Assembly: GCA_047495785.1 (NCBI GenBank)
Contig: JBLDXI010000029.1
Location: forward strand, 3,658,001-3,722,000
Reading direction: 5' to 3'
Source of the DNA: Lepidodermella squamata
Lineage: Eukaryota > Animalia > Gastrotricha
DNA length: 64,000 nt
Both the position numbers and the translations under genes were made by a program. Under the pieces are notes generated by a model. That model had not been told where the DNA came from, did not search any database, and saw nothing but the letters and a program-made list of their open reading frames with translations. This document shows, one piece after another, positions 1-12,200 of the stretch. The number at the start of each line of letters is the position of its first letter. Positions within the stretch are counted from its first letter, which is position 1.

Positions 1-13
1 TGAGCAATCGTTC

Positions 14-676
14 TCAACAGTAAACTGACACTGACCTTCTTCCAAATGTCAAAAGGGAGCTCGTGTACGCTGTAGATGTGCTGAAAACTGGGCTGACAGC
101 TGTATCGCAGACGGCGTAAAGCGATGAATTCGCAGCGTTGTAAATTATCGCAAGGAATAGCCACGTTGTGAAATTACAAGCAACGTACTGATAGCCCGTG
201 TTAGCATTCCCGAAATACAACACATTGGGTGTAGGATCGCCTCCAGCAGCAGGATTTAAACGCCATAGATGTACTTGTGGATTCCCATTCGCGGTCCATT
301 CAAAAATGGAACCCATATTCGGAACGAAAACAAAACCAGCTATTGTGAACGATGAAGTGCCCATGTTGGCTCTGGCATTGTTAACTTCGATCCAACTTGT
401 AGTGTCAGCTTTGTTCGTCTCCCAAGAAGTATTGGACGCCCCGAATGGTCCTTGAGCCAGGACACCTGCATTCGAGTTGAAAACAGCGTCCAGAGAGTTG
501 CCAGATGCGTCACTTAAGCCGAACAGCTCATTGAACGGCCAATACGCAACTACATTTGAAAAATTGAACGCTTGATTTGTTTTGAATTGCGCTATGTACG
601 TCTGGCCATTTACCATGGAGTAGAGTAGGCAAATGGCTGAAATTGAAATTGATTTTATACAGAGAAATTTGCGCAT
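14..676 (-). CDS. Secreted LamG/ConA-like domain protein, exon 1 (paralogue 1; the gene continues off the left edge, probably into EGF exons)
   Basis: ATG at 676, signal peptide, VAYWPFNE...DASGN...SFTIAGF...TWLFLAIIYN pattern typical of LamG3-like domains; high similarity to 21314-21991 and 26305-26624. Confidence 0.75.
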   Translation of the reverse strand: MRKFLCIKSISISAICLLYSMVNGQTYIAQFKTNQAFNFSNVVAYWPFNELFGLSDASGNSLDAVFNSNAGVLAQGPFGASNTSWETNKADTTSWIEVNNARANMGTSSFTIAGFVFVPNMGSIFEWTANGNPQVHLWRLNPAAGGDPTPNVLYFGNANTGYQYVACNFTTWLFLAIIYNAANSSLYAVCDTAVSPVFSTSTAYTSSLLTFGRRSVSVYC

Positions 677-1234
677 TTTTTGCTCTATATGAAAAATTAC
701 GGATTTCCAACACTGTAGGTGGAAAAAATCATTTCATGGTGTCATGAATATTACATGAATCCGCGCACATTGTTTTCTCGGGTTCCGGGCAACAAAAGCA
801 TTATTCAGTTTCTTGATCTCTACTGCCGCTGTGATCAAAGTAGCATATCGCGCTCACGCCCAATTTTATTCGACGTAATAGCACAAACTGATAACTGACA
901 TACCTGTCGGTCGTATCGAACGTCGTATTAGTCGTACATTACACATTGATTTCAGTATTTATGCTGTTGTTGCTCTTATGACTGCTTGTTTGCTGGAATA
1001 TAATGTAGTTATATGTCTCAGAACTAGGATAACCCAATTTTTGATCATTTAAGGGGAGGCTCTTAAACGTTCCATACAACTAGTTCTTTAAGGAATGATC
1101 TGAAGAGGTGAAAACTATATGTTGAAGCAAAGGAGGTAAATGTTTATTCAGTTTTTCCAATCGCGAGCATGAAACTGATTCATTTCGGCAATTCATCGAA
1201 ATTTGACCTAGGTCAAGACGATTGATATTGGTGA

Positions 1235-2257
1235 TCAGGTTGTAGCAACTGGGCTGCTGCAGGACTTCGCCATACTGAACTGATGGTAGTAATCAAAATC
1301 GCAAAACTCGTGAACTTGGGTTGACAAATTAAGATACATAGCAACCTCGAGATATCGCAACGGCGCATCGCCCCAACGTTTCTCGTAAATTTGATACGAA
1401 TCGACCACTTCACGCGTGAAACTTTGAATCCCGAGATGATCACGGAATGTCGGCACATGCAGGACTTCGAAATTGTTGTAGTAAACTGGAATTTCGTAGT
1501 TTTCTCTCTCCTCCTCCGTCCGCGGAAATACAGGAAGCTGCGATGTGTGAATTGAGCTGCTGCTCTGCTTAGCTAAGTACCCCTCCGTAAATTCGACCAA
1601 GCCAGCAGTAACAATTGGGTAATCCGTAGTCACCAACCTATAGCCATACAAGTATCTCTTCTCTTTCATATATGCAAAAATGTCGTAGTTAATCGCTGAA
1701 TCTATCTCTGAGTCCGTGTCCAGTCTTAAGTAGTATTCTACGTCCTGCAAAGCAGGGTGTTTAAGAACTCGGTGGAACCAGAAATCGCACATATGCCGGT
1801 AACCTATCGGCCATCTGCTGCCATTTTCCAATGTATCAGGATTGTAAATCTTGAGGAAATTCTCCGGAATTTCAAATTTAACCTCAACAAACTGAATAAG
1901 TTCAGCTTCGTTTGGATGTAGCCATGAGTTAGTAAATTCGTCGAAAGTTTGCCGCTCAGACGACCCTTCGTGAAAAATTAGTATCGGATATCGGAACCTC
2001 GAGTTGAAATTTGTGAAAAGGCTCTCTAGAGAGTAAGCAAGCTGTTCGTAACGGCTAGCAGTTGCTAGGTAAACGATCACATTTCGTAACTTGGTCGTCT
2101 GTTGTTGATCGGAGGATGAGGTAACAACGGGATGTGAAACCAAGAGAGAGTTCAGTTGAAGCACGGGTCCGAATAGAGCTAAGCATGCACATGCACCAAT
2201 TGCTAATATAAAACGAAGCCATTTCTTGTTAGCTCGCCATCCTCCCAAGCCGACCAT
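1235..2257 (-). CDS. Glycosyltransferase family 15 (KRE2/KTR-like alpha-1,2-mannosyltransferase), intronless type II membrane protein
   Basis: Motifs YRHMCDFW, HPALQDVEYYLRLDTDS, YNNFE, KRWGDAP; first ATG at 2257 is followed by a TM segment (FILAIGACACLALFG). Confidence 0.85.
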   Translation of the reverse strand: MVGLGGWRANKKWLRFILAIGACACLALFGPVLQLNSLLVSHPVVTSSSDQQQTTKLRNVIVYLATASRYEQLAYSLESLFTNFNSRFRYPILIFHEGSSERQTFDEFTNSWLHPNEAELIQFVEVKFEIPENFLKIYNPDTLENGSRWPIGYRHMCDFWFHRVLKHPALQDVEYYLRLDTDSEIDSAINYDIFAYMKEKRYLYGYRLVTTDYPIVTAGLVEFTEGYLAKQSSSSIHTSQLPVFPRTEEERENYEIPVYYNNFEVLHVPTFRDHLGIQSFTREVVDSYQIYEKRWGDAPLRYLEVAMYLNLSTQVHEFCDFDYYHQFSMAKSCSSPVATT

Positions 2258-3298
2258 TGCCTTCCGGCTCAAATAATTTCTATATATGACAAATAAAATG
2301 TATGCTGTGTAACCAGTATTTTTAAGTTGTTTTAGAACTATTAATACTAAGGCTGAAAATTGCAAATTGCCAAATTAATTTTCCATGGCTTAAATCAATC
2401 AGACGAGAAAAATCCTGTTTTACAAACACATTTGAACCGGTTGCCCTAAGTTACTGGTGGAATTTTAGAATCAGCTAAATTTATTTATTTGCCTAAACAT
2501 GATAAGATGCAAAAATCTCCTAAGGTTCATCGGAATGTTAAACTAAACTCTGGACCTCTGATGTTTACACTACTGACAGGTGGTTATACACACATTAGCT
2601 GTAGCATAACCAATTATTTTTAGGCATTCAAAAAATAGAATTCGGTGTGAAAATGAGCAACATACGGCCGCGGTCGTCCACAAATTATTTTTACAAAATG
2701 TTCGTCATTTCAGAAAATGGTTACCATCCTTAAAAATCATTCTAGAAAACAGGTTCAGGTAGTAACCTTTTGAGCCGCACATTATGGTGAAATTTCCAGA
2801 TTTTTATTTCAAGTCTAACTGGTCTGAATTTTTAGTTGAGAATGTGATTTTCGGAATCACTTCGATTCAACATTTTTATTTTTCGATAATTGCCGGTTAC
2901 GGTTAGCTAATTGAGAGAACAAACTGTAACTAGTGTGCAGAGCGTCATTGATTACCTGCTGGGTTGTGTCAAGGGGGCAACCATTGTGTTGAAAATTTCT
3001 CAGTTTTTTGAATTTCTGAACGGCGGCGGCCGTATGAAAACTGGACTATTTCGACTATCTGCAGTAGGAGAAATTGTATTCAGAAGAATTCCAATTGCAA
3101 AAGACATTTTGTCAGCATAGTTCAAGGTTTGTTATCATGAAGATTTGTTTGTGCTAATCTAAACGGCCGAACAACTATTGGAGCTTTGTTTTTGAGCTAA
3201 TAGGAGGAATCGAGATCGCGAATAAAAATTAAAACGAAGACAAGGCTAACCTCGACAATTAAAATATCATTTTTTAAGGTCGATACCACTAACCTAAG

Positions 3299-3345
3299 TT
3301 CCTTTCCTTTCCTTTCCTTTCCTTTCCTTTCCTTTCCTTTCCTTT
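3299..3345. repeat. (CCTTT)n pentanucleotide microsatellite
   Basis: About 9 perfect units seen directly. Confidence 0.95.
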
Positions 3346-4100
3346 TTACTGACATTTTACTGACACAAAATCGTAATGAAGGGTATGAAAGTACTGCGAA
3401 AAATGTATGTAGTATCAGAATAAATAACTGCTGGCAAGCTGGTCATTTTCAAGAAAAATAGTTGGTTCGCACTTGGTAAGGCAACAGTCACAAGCGAGAT
3501 CAGAGTTCGATGTAATGGGTTCGAAGATGAACGGCTGAGTACTTGAAGCAGCGGAAGTACAATCGGGGCAATTGCAACCCAGGGCGTCGAAATCGAAATT
3601 TTTCGAATCATAAATGTTGTTGTAGTAGTCGAGATTTGCCAAAGAAATTATCGACAGGATTCAAACCACCGACTTTGCTTTGTTCGCGGAAACATACGAC
3701 TCAATGGTCGGCGGCGTGGTGTCAATTCGCGACGTAGAATGCGAAGGAGGAGCAGCATCGAACGGGCGAGATTCAAGGCTAGAAAAACAGCCGCGGTTCG
3801 ACTTGATCGAGCGTCGAAATCGCAGAACACGAACAGTGGAATTGCTCGGAATTGCGGAATTCCTCCTTCTAATAGCTCAGAAATGGTTCAGCTACAGGGG
3901 TCACGTGATTTTTTTTCTGAATTTAATGTCGAATGCCAACTGCAAAGGTACATTGCTGGTGAACGTAATTGGCAATCACAACGCCTTTTTGTAGTTCAAA
4001 TTATTTTTTTCAGAACCGTCTTCTTCAACGCGTCGTAACATAGTCCTTGATTAGTTAATTCCCTAGGTTTGAAAAATTTGCAAAAAAGGTCTCGGTCGTT

Positions 4101-4871
4101 ACCCGGCTGAAGCTAGCAGGACGTATCTTGCAGGATTGTGTTCCGCTCATTTTCGTTCTTGTGCCACCCTTGTGCCATCAGTCTGAGGGCCTAAATAGTT
4201 TATCCAGGTGTATTCCAGAGATTGCTGCATCGATTTCATCAAGTAATTAAGGATTGACGCAATTAAGGGTCACAGTACATGCGCCCTGTTCTAAATTAAC
4301 CTCGCAGGATACTGTGCCAGTCATAAAACTTGGTGGACTGGGGTAGAATTTTGCGCCGATTACGAATATGCAATCCTCTTGCGTGTCCAATCTGCACAAA
4401 ATTCGATTTGTGCCATTATTTGTGAAAATAAGCAATAAAATGACCCATCACGTGACCTTTGACCTCAGGTGAGCTTGTGCCGGCAATGCAGGATTGACCA
4501 ATCGATAGAGCGGGGTCGATTACCCTAGTTTGCCAATTGACAGCCCAATGCAATCAAAATTGAGTGTGGAAAACGTAGCCGAAATACCGTAAAATATCAA
4601 TTTTTAGCACCGCAGGGTGACTACAACAAAAAGTGGGTCAAACACCCTTGCAGGATTGTGTGCCAGGCATTATGATATGACCGTCTAGACCAGTTTTCGG
4701 CCCTGATCACGAATTTCAAGTCCGTTTGCGTAACCGGAGCCGGCAAATCGGTTATTTTGCCTGATTTATGAGGAAAAACCGCGAAAATTGGCTTGTCACG
4801 TGACCTGTGACCCCAGGTGTGCCTGTGCCAGTGGCGCAGGAAGCGCCATTCGATCGGGCGTGGTCGAAAAC
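4101..4871 (+). repeat. Left terminal inverted repeat (~770 bp, with internal subrepeats)
   Basis: Reverse complement of 13828-14598; weaker similarity extends to ~4932. Confidence 0.95.
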
Positions 4872-6227
4872 ACTTTCTGTCAGCAGGGCAGCTCTAGGCA
4901 ATAACATTTGATAATTTAAAACGTTACTGAAATTAGCCGAAATAATATATGGATATATTTTTCCAATGTATTTTCAATTTGAGCGGTTAGCAGAATGCGC
5001 TTTCACAGGCGATTTTATCCGATTCTCTGCTGATTTCTCTGCTGTTTCTTTTTTTTTACATGAAATTACAATTACAGAATGCTGAGATGAAAATATTTGC
5101 CACATACAATTTGGTCTACTAATTATCGACGGGCTTTATTATACATTGAGCCGCCACTACTACAAGTGATTGCCGATAACAGGTGTGCGCTAATAAAATG
5201 GGCGCCTTCTTCGAAAGTTATTACACGCAATAAAGCCCCTCCCGCGTACGCGCAGGCGTACTGACTACTGACCGACAGATTTGTTTGGCCTATTCTTGCT
5301 AATGAGTATGGGGGCATAGGCGACTAGAGAAATTCGCAGAATTGATCGAGGTCATTTTGCGGTGTTTAAAGAAATACGTTGCTTATATTTGGTGAAAAAC
5401 ACCGTTTTTTCTCTCAAAAAAGCGAAATTGACGATGCAGCTCTTTAATTTTATCCTACTACAGCCTACTATGCGCCCCCACCTTTCTCGAGCCTAACGCT
5501 TAAAATCTGTAATAAAATCAATTTACAAAATGCGGACACTTTTTTAGAAAATATTTTGGATATTACCGATAAATACATTTGAATCTCCTAATTAGTTACA
5601 CTAGAGGGTGACTCAGATGCATCCGGTTAACAGGGCCTTGAAGATTGGGATGTCAAAGCCAAAAAGTAAGTATTTTCTGTTTATTATTACCTCAGTATTT
5701 CGCGGCTGTAATATCTGCGATATTGCCGATGTTAAAAGTGTCTTAAATTATCTATTATCGCCTATTGAGGAGTTCGCAGTCACAGGAAATGAGCATACAT
5801 ATTGAGCATGTTCGAATAGATTGGGCGCTCTCGGGTTTCATGTTCATTCTGAATTTTAGGAAATTTTGAGAGTATTTCTAATTTTTTCAGCTTTCTCCAC
5901 ATTTAAATTGAAACCCGTAAGATATTCCCGAGGAGGGTCGGCCGGAGGCTATCGCCGTTTTCATAATTGTTTGCGGTCTTACTTATAGTTTTAATTAATT
6001 CTCACAAAACTGTTTTTTTGGATTTTCTGGAATTTTACGATTGATGAAACAATAAACATGAAAGGCCTGTTCCTCATCTTCAGGTCGCGGCGTAGTCGCC
6101 ATTATTTAAAAAATATTCGAAGATGTCAACTTTTTTATACATTTGCGTTTGGTTCAATTTCAAATTGAAAATTGAAGTCCTGATCAGTCGATATATATTC
6201 AACCTATATTTTTCAGGGCGCAATGTG

Positions 6228-9200
6228 ATGTTCAAGCCTATCGGTTTGTTACTGCTGTACCTGGTGATGCTGTCTATAGAGGCACCTGCTGCCAGTGCTG
6301 CTCGGCGGAGGGCCAAGGACAACAGGCCAATCGATGACAAAAAGCTGCTGGATTTCTTCAAAAAAAATCCTGGTCAACTAGTTTCAGGTGATAAAAATGG
6401 GATATAAGTAATTGATGGAGATTTTAATAATGGAATTCGTAGGTTGGCGACGGCACGAGTCCGTTGTAGGGCGGTTGGCAGCTCGTCTATTCAGTGAAAA
6501 TGACGGTCCACTTCGCCACAGGCTCTACACGCACATAGCCAATAACCATCCTCAGTTTCTCAGCAGCGAGTCGACTAGTAACAGCTCTTCGTTGACCGAG
6601 TCATCGGAGGCTCCAATCATCAGGAATAAGAAGGTGATGGAAAAAAAATCGCCAGCGACAATACCGGAGGCTGTCGATGAGTTCCAGTTAACGCTAGAAG
6701 AAGTTGCGCCTTATCTGCCATCAGCTCGTCAGTCCAAACACCTGAAGCCAGGTTGGACAACCCTATTTCAGTCGAAAATGACCGCAGAAGTCCGCAAATG
6801 CGACGTTAAACTGAAATACAGCGACGTGACCAAGAACGGATCATCGGTAACTTGTGCTGGGTATTGCCAGGCAGAAAGTGGTTGCCGCAAGTTCAAGTTC
6901 AGGTTCAACCCCAGGCAACTCAATCAGGATAATCGTATTCCTGTAACGGTAACCATTATTGGGACACTGGTGCATGAGCCGGTTACGCCACGAACCATCC
7001 AAACGCGAGGTGTTGCTCGAAAACAGTTGGCGAAAGAGCTACGACAGCAGAAACCCGCGGCCTACCTATGGGCTTTGCTCGATCAGGCTCACAAAAGAAG
7101 AGTTCGAGGTGAATTTTTTATTTTATTGCAAACTGCGCGCTGTTGGCCAGCCTTTAATTTTCTTGATCGATATTGAAGCGCTCACGAACACATGCTGTTA
7201 GCCTATAAATAATGTCGTCAGCTAAGAAGAAATATTTCGAATATTTTCTTCCGAGACTTCTCATATTATCAAAATAATAGATTTGTAAAATCTGAACTTT
7301 AAATCAATATCGGTTGTAGTTAGCACGGGAATCCTAAAATAAAGGTGCCCACTTTTCATACCCGAATATTTTTATAACACCGCATTGATTCGACTTCCGA
7401 GTCAGTTGTAGTTTTGGTTCGGTGTTCGAAATGGAAAGACGAAATGTGTTATTATTCGATATTATTTTTACATAAAGTTAGCTGGCTTTTTCTTACTGGT
7501 TATGACCTGTATTTTTCCTTTTACAAGGAGAGTTTGTGAATTTGGCTGCTATACCAAGTGAGACCGTTCTTCAGAAGATATCTTCGGATCAAAACTTGGA
7601 GCAAAGAATGCACGAGAATCCATACATTGACCTCTTCTTGTGGCTGGTTGATCAAATGACGCTGGACGATGAGCTACGGTACGCTCGAGGCGTCTCAATG
7701 CTACCGCTTGGCGTAGTACTTGGCTACGATCGCCAATTTCGGCTGGGTCAGACATGGGCTCGGCAAGCGAGGAGATCCCACGTTTTTCATGTTAATTCAA
7801 CGGGTGAAGTCGTTGCGGATGATTTATTAACTGGAAAACGGGTTTTCCTATACCTGCTCTGCATGCGTTGTCCAATGCTGGGTGAAAGTGGTCCCAAGGT
7901 TCCGATGGGACAGTTTTTCCTCTCTGACCAGCACGCATTTTCCATCTCCAATGCACTTCAGGTACTTTGGAGCACTTGGGATGATGTAGTAGGCGGCAAA
8001 GTTCTGGCTCCTTATGCGGTGGTAACCGATCATTCTTTTGCCTTGATGCAAGCTGTAGCACGATGTTATAATCAATGCCGCCTGCAGCGAGTTCTCAACT
8101 ACACCTTTTCAGCCCTTCGCGATTCTTCTGGGAAAGTTCAAAGCGAGATCCAGTCTGATTTGGGTCATTTCACGTTGCTCGTCCTTTGCATGGCTCATCT
8201 ATTCAAAGAAGTCATGGGAATTTTGAATTCAAAAGGAAGAAAATACTTGCAAAAGCATGTCAAAACCTTTTTTATGCAATGCTTCGCATTTCTGCAGAGT
8301 GCTCAGAACCTTGGTCTGGCTCTCATGATTTTCCACCTGATGTGCAAGGTATTCGATACCGAGAATTATGGCGAAGACGTTGAGTTGGCTATTAGCCATC
8401 TAAACTCACTGATGCAGATCTACGCAGAAAGTATGCCAAAAGCCGAGGTTCCCATACAAGGAGATGAAGAATTTGTTGAAGATTTAAACGGTGAAGCTTG
8501 TTCGAATATCATAGCTGGGCCAGAGGATTCCAAAGAATTTCAATGTGGGACATATAAAAAGCTCTCGGCCTGTTGTGGAATGTTTTCCTACATTCGGGAA
8601 CGGTCGATTGACGACTCAATTCCAGCCGCAGATGAAATGGAAGCTGATGGTGATTCAACCCGCAATATCTTCTACGCGAAATTCGCAATGGATGCGCTTC
8701 TAGACAGACTTTTGCCGCTTTTTCCTCTTTGGTCTGCTCTCTTTGTTAGCGGAATTGCAGCGAAGCGTTTGTGAGTTTTAATAATAAACTATGAATAAAA
8801 ACAATTTCGATCACTTGGTGCTCTTAAATTTGAAACGTAGTTCAGTATTTTAGTCACATGGCACCCTGGGTGGTTGAAAGTAGTAGAATGGACTCGTAAA
8901 AATATTTTCAAATCTTTCAGTCCCAAATGGGAAAAGCCGCCTGGTCACTACACTAATGGGGCAGTTGAAGCAGAAATAAATACAACGAAGAACGTCATCT
9001 TGGGAGGTAAGAAGAAGCAGTCAATTGCCGCTGTTGTACGAAAGCTGGAAGTCAGCCAATCTGGCCGTCTGGCAGCAATCGAGCTCTCCGACGAGATGCC
9101 GGCCCCACAGAAACGAAACAGACAGGCTGATACTGCTGATAAAGAGGTCGAAAAATTTCGGAAAGAAAAACGTCGGCAAAGGATCGGATATGCTGCTCAA

Positions 9201-12200
9201 CGTCTGGTTAAGGAATTTTCTGCGAGGTTCGAAATTACTTACCAGCAAACATCCAAGATTAGCTCAGCAACGGAATCCTTGCCTCCTAAACGTCCCATTT
9301 GGGACCTTGGAAGTGATGGGGGTGTGGACGAGGCCTACAACGACATCCTCAGCTCTTCAACTTCTGATTCAGAACAATCCGACTTCTCTGTGTCTGATGA
9401 CATTTTGGGATGTGTTTTCACGCCTGGGACCTCAACTGGTCCAATGGCAGGAACCTCGACTGGTCCAACAACTCGAAGCTCGGCTGGTCCAATGGCTGGG
9501 ACCTCGACTGGTCCAAAAACTCGAAGCTCGGCTGTTCCGACAACTGGAACCTTGACTGGTCCAATGGCAGAAACCTCGACTGTTCCAACAGCTGGAACCT
9601 CGACTGTTCCAACAGCTGGAACCTCGACTGGTCCAATGGCAGGAACCTCGACTGGTCCAATGGCTGGAACCTCGACTGGTCCAATGGCTGGAACCTCGAC
9701 TGGTCCAACGGCTGGGACTTCGGAAAGACCTGCGCGTGGAACTGGAAATGACCAACGCGGGGCTTCGAAATCGGTCATCGTTACTGAAACAATGTTGTCA
9801 GGTGGCGTATATTTGCTGCAAAACGGAGGGAGTGTTAAAATTTTCTCAACCGATAAAGAAGAGTTCTATCACGTAACCAGCAACACGTGTGCAGTGGACA
9901 GCCTGATTAACGCCGTGTCCCATTGCGAAATGGAGCGTTTCTGTGGGTCCGAGCTGGTGGACTATCTGAGGAATCTAAAGGACGCGGCTTCCAGTGAAAA
10001 CGGCGAGAGGATGGCTCAGTTAGCCAGATTCAGATTTATGGGCAGAGTGTTTCCGAGGAACAATGAAACTAGGTTGTTGCCAATTGATTGCTTCGGTCGG
10101 GTCATCGAAGTATCCCCTGATTCATCAATTTGCTGCCCAATTGATCATTACGAGATGCGAGTTTCCAATGTTGGAGATGGAAATTGTATGCTTTGGCTTA
10201 CGCAAATGTGTGAACTTGATGGCTGCTATTTATTGCGAGACCTACATCCGTGTGAAGAATGCCGTAAGCCGACTCAGATACAAAAAGTGGTTAATCCTGT
10301 CTTATTGGGTTCTATTGAGGCGTCAGTTTTCTGTCCCATTCAAGGCTGTTATCTATTTATTTCATTAATTTGTAGGGAAAATGCGCAGCACTATGAGGCT
10401 GTTCGAGCAAATACAGCTTTGCAAAGGGTGACTTTCCAAGCGCAAATCGACGCCTTATTTTTTGAGGACATTGTGATGTGCCGTTGCAAAAACCATCACC
10501 GAATGCTATCACCCGCTAGGCATCATGATCCAAGCAAGCCCCTACCTTTTATTGCCATCGAGTTTGAGTCGAGTTGGGAGTGGACAGCAACCACTGTTCT
10601 CAACCAAGCTCCCAAGTCTCTTGAAATGGAACACTTTTCGTAAGTCTTCATCTCAGTGTTGTAAATGAAGCCAAATGTCAGATCTCCTTTCCCCTAAAGA
10701 TATTCGCTTCACAGCGCTATTCTTTTCAGCGAGCCTAATCGAGCAGAAGGCAAGAGAACCGAGGATAGGGAAGGCTCGGGACATTACGTCACTATCAGGA
10801 TCATCGATGGTGACGCTTACTTGCTTGACGATCTTGTAGTCAGCTCACGTACACGGAAACCGTTTTGGCGAAAATTCGACAATGAGCTTGAGAAATTCTA
10901 TCGCCTTTACTACGCAGTTATTTTCTTTTACTGCTGTCCCAAACCTGTTTCGGCTCATGTTGCTACGCTCGTGCAATCTGTTCCATCTTCCAGGTGATTT
11001 TTGTGTTTTACTTTGAAGGACTTGTCTAGCTATATGATAATTTAGCGTCCCACTTCCACCTTCACCTCCTCCACCCTATTCCGAACATGCCCATGCTGCA
11101 ATGGATCTCAGCAGCAAAGAGTCACAGCAGCCCTCGGCTGTTGGGAAAAGCTCATTTTCTAGGTATAGAATGGCTGCCTGCTTATTGGCTTATTTATATG
11201 GGACGATATCGGGACTTTAATGTTATAACTATATAGACTGGCCGGTCTAGAGGCGATTTCCGAGTTGAGCAATTTCCAGTTTGAAATACCCTCACGATTG
11301 CAAGACAGCGGGATGGTCTTTGAAAGTTCGTCGATAGTTTCGGCTATGGATGATGAGCCGGCCTCAAGTGTCAGCTCGGCTACAGCAAGTCAGCCCATGG
11401 CATCCCGGCGACGAAGGGCTCCAGAAACAACCCTGATACCCAAAGATTCGAAGCCTAGGAAAATTCCAAAGCTTGCGAATGCACCGGATCCACTGGAAAT
11501 TCCAACGTCAGCCTCGAAAGATTCAAAGCCTCGAAGAACTGTGAAGACCGTAAAAGATCCGAAGCCTCTCAAGACTACGAAGGCTCCCAAGGTTCCCAAG
11601 GCTCCAAGGTTCCCAAGGCTCCCAAGGCTCCCAAGGTTCCCAAGGCTCCCAAGGTTCCCAAGGCTCCCAAGGCTCCGAAGTCTCCGAAGTCTCCCAAGGC
11701 TCCTAAAACCATAAAAGGTAAGTCACGCAAGGGCGCTTGGACCTTCGATGATTTGGCTTCGGACGGATCGGAAGCCCAAGAAATCAGCTTCGCCTTGGGT
11801 CTCAGCGTGCTCGACCAATTGCCTGCCTCTGACAGTGCAAGTCATGACGTTGACCTAAGAAGCACCAGACCTTTTGACCTATTTGCTATGGGCATGGCCC
11901 CAATTCGCCAAAGTCTATGCCCAGGTAAATGGGTTTCTTATTTGGAAGCCATCAGCAATAAAGCAGCGACACGCTTCGAACTCCGAGCTAGGCGAGGCAT
12001 TTTGATCGAAGAGCTCTACTCTGATCTCGCTGTTCGACGTGAAGATGGGGGCAGAGTGTACAGCTTTGACGACATAAGGCCCAGTCAGTTGTGCTCAGCG
12101 ATCTTTGCTATTGACCGATGTGGGCTTACTAGGAAAGTTGGCAACTGCCAAAATGAATTCTGCACCTCTCCGCCTGGGTCAGAATTCATTACGAATCCGT

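Noticed and set aside
3357-4041. Overlapping short ORFs, one Cys-rich (3415-3642)
   Set aside because: No ATG, splice support or recognisable domain; bounded by nearby stops
4247-4435. 62-aa ORF duplicated at 14264-14452
   Set aside because: Simply part of the TIRs
9335-9778. CRISPR-like or multi-frame repeat ORFs
   Set aside because: Tandem 24-bp coding repeat without unique spacers; alternative frames are by-products
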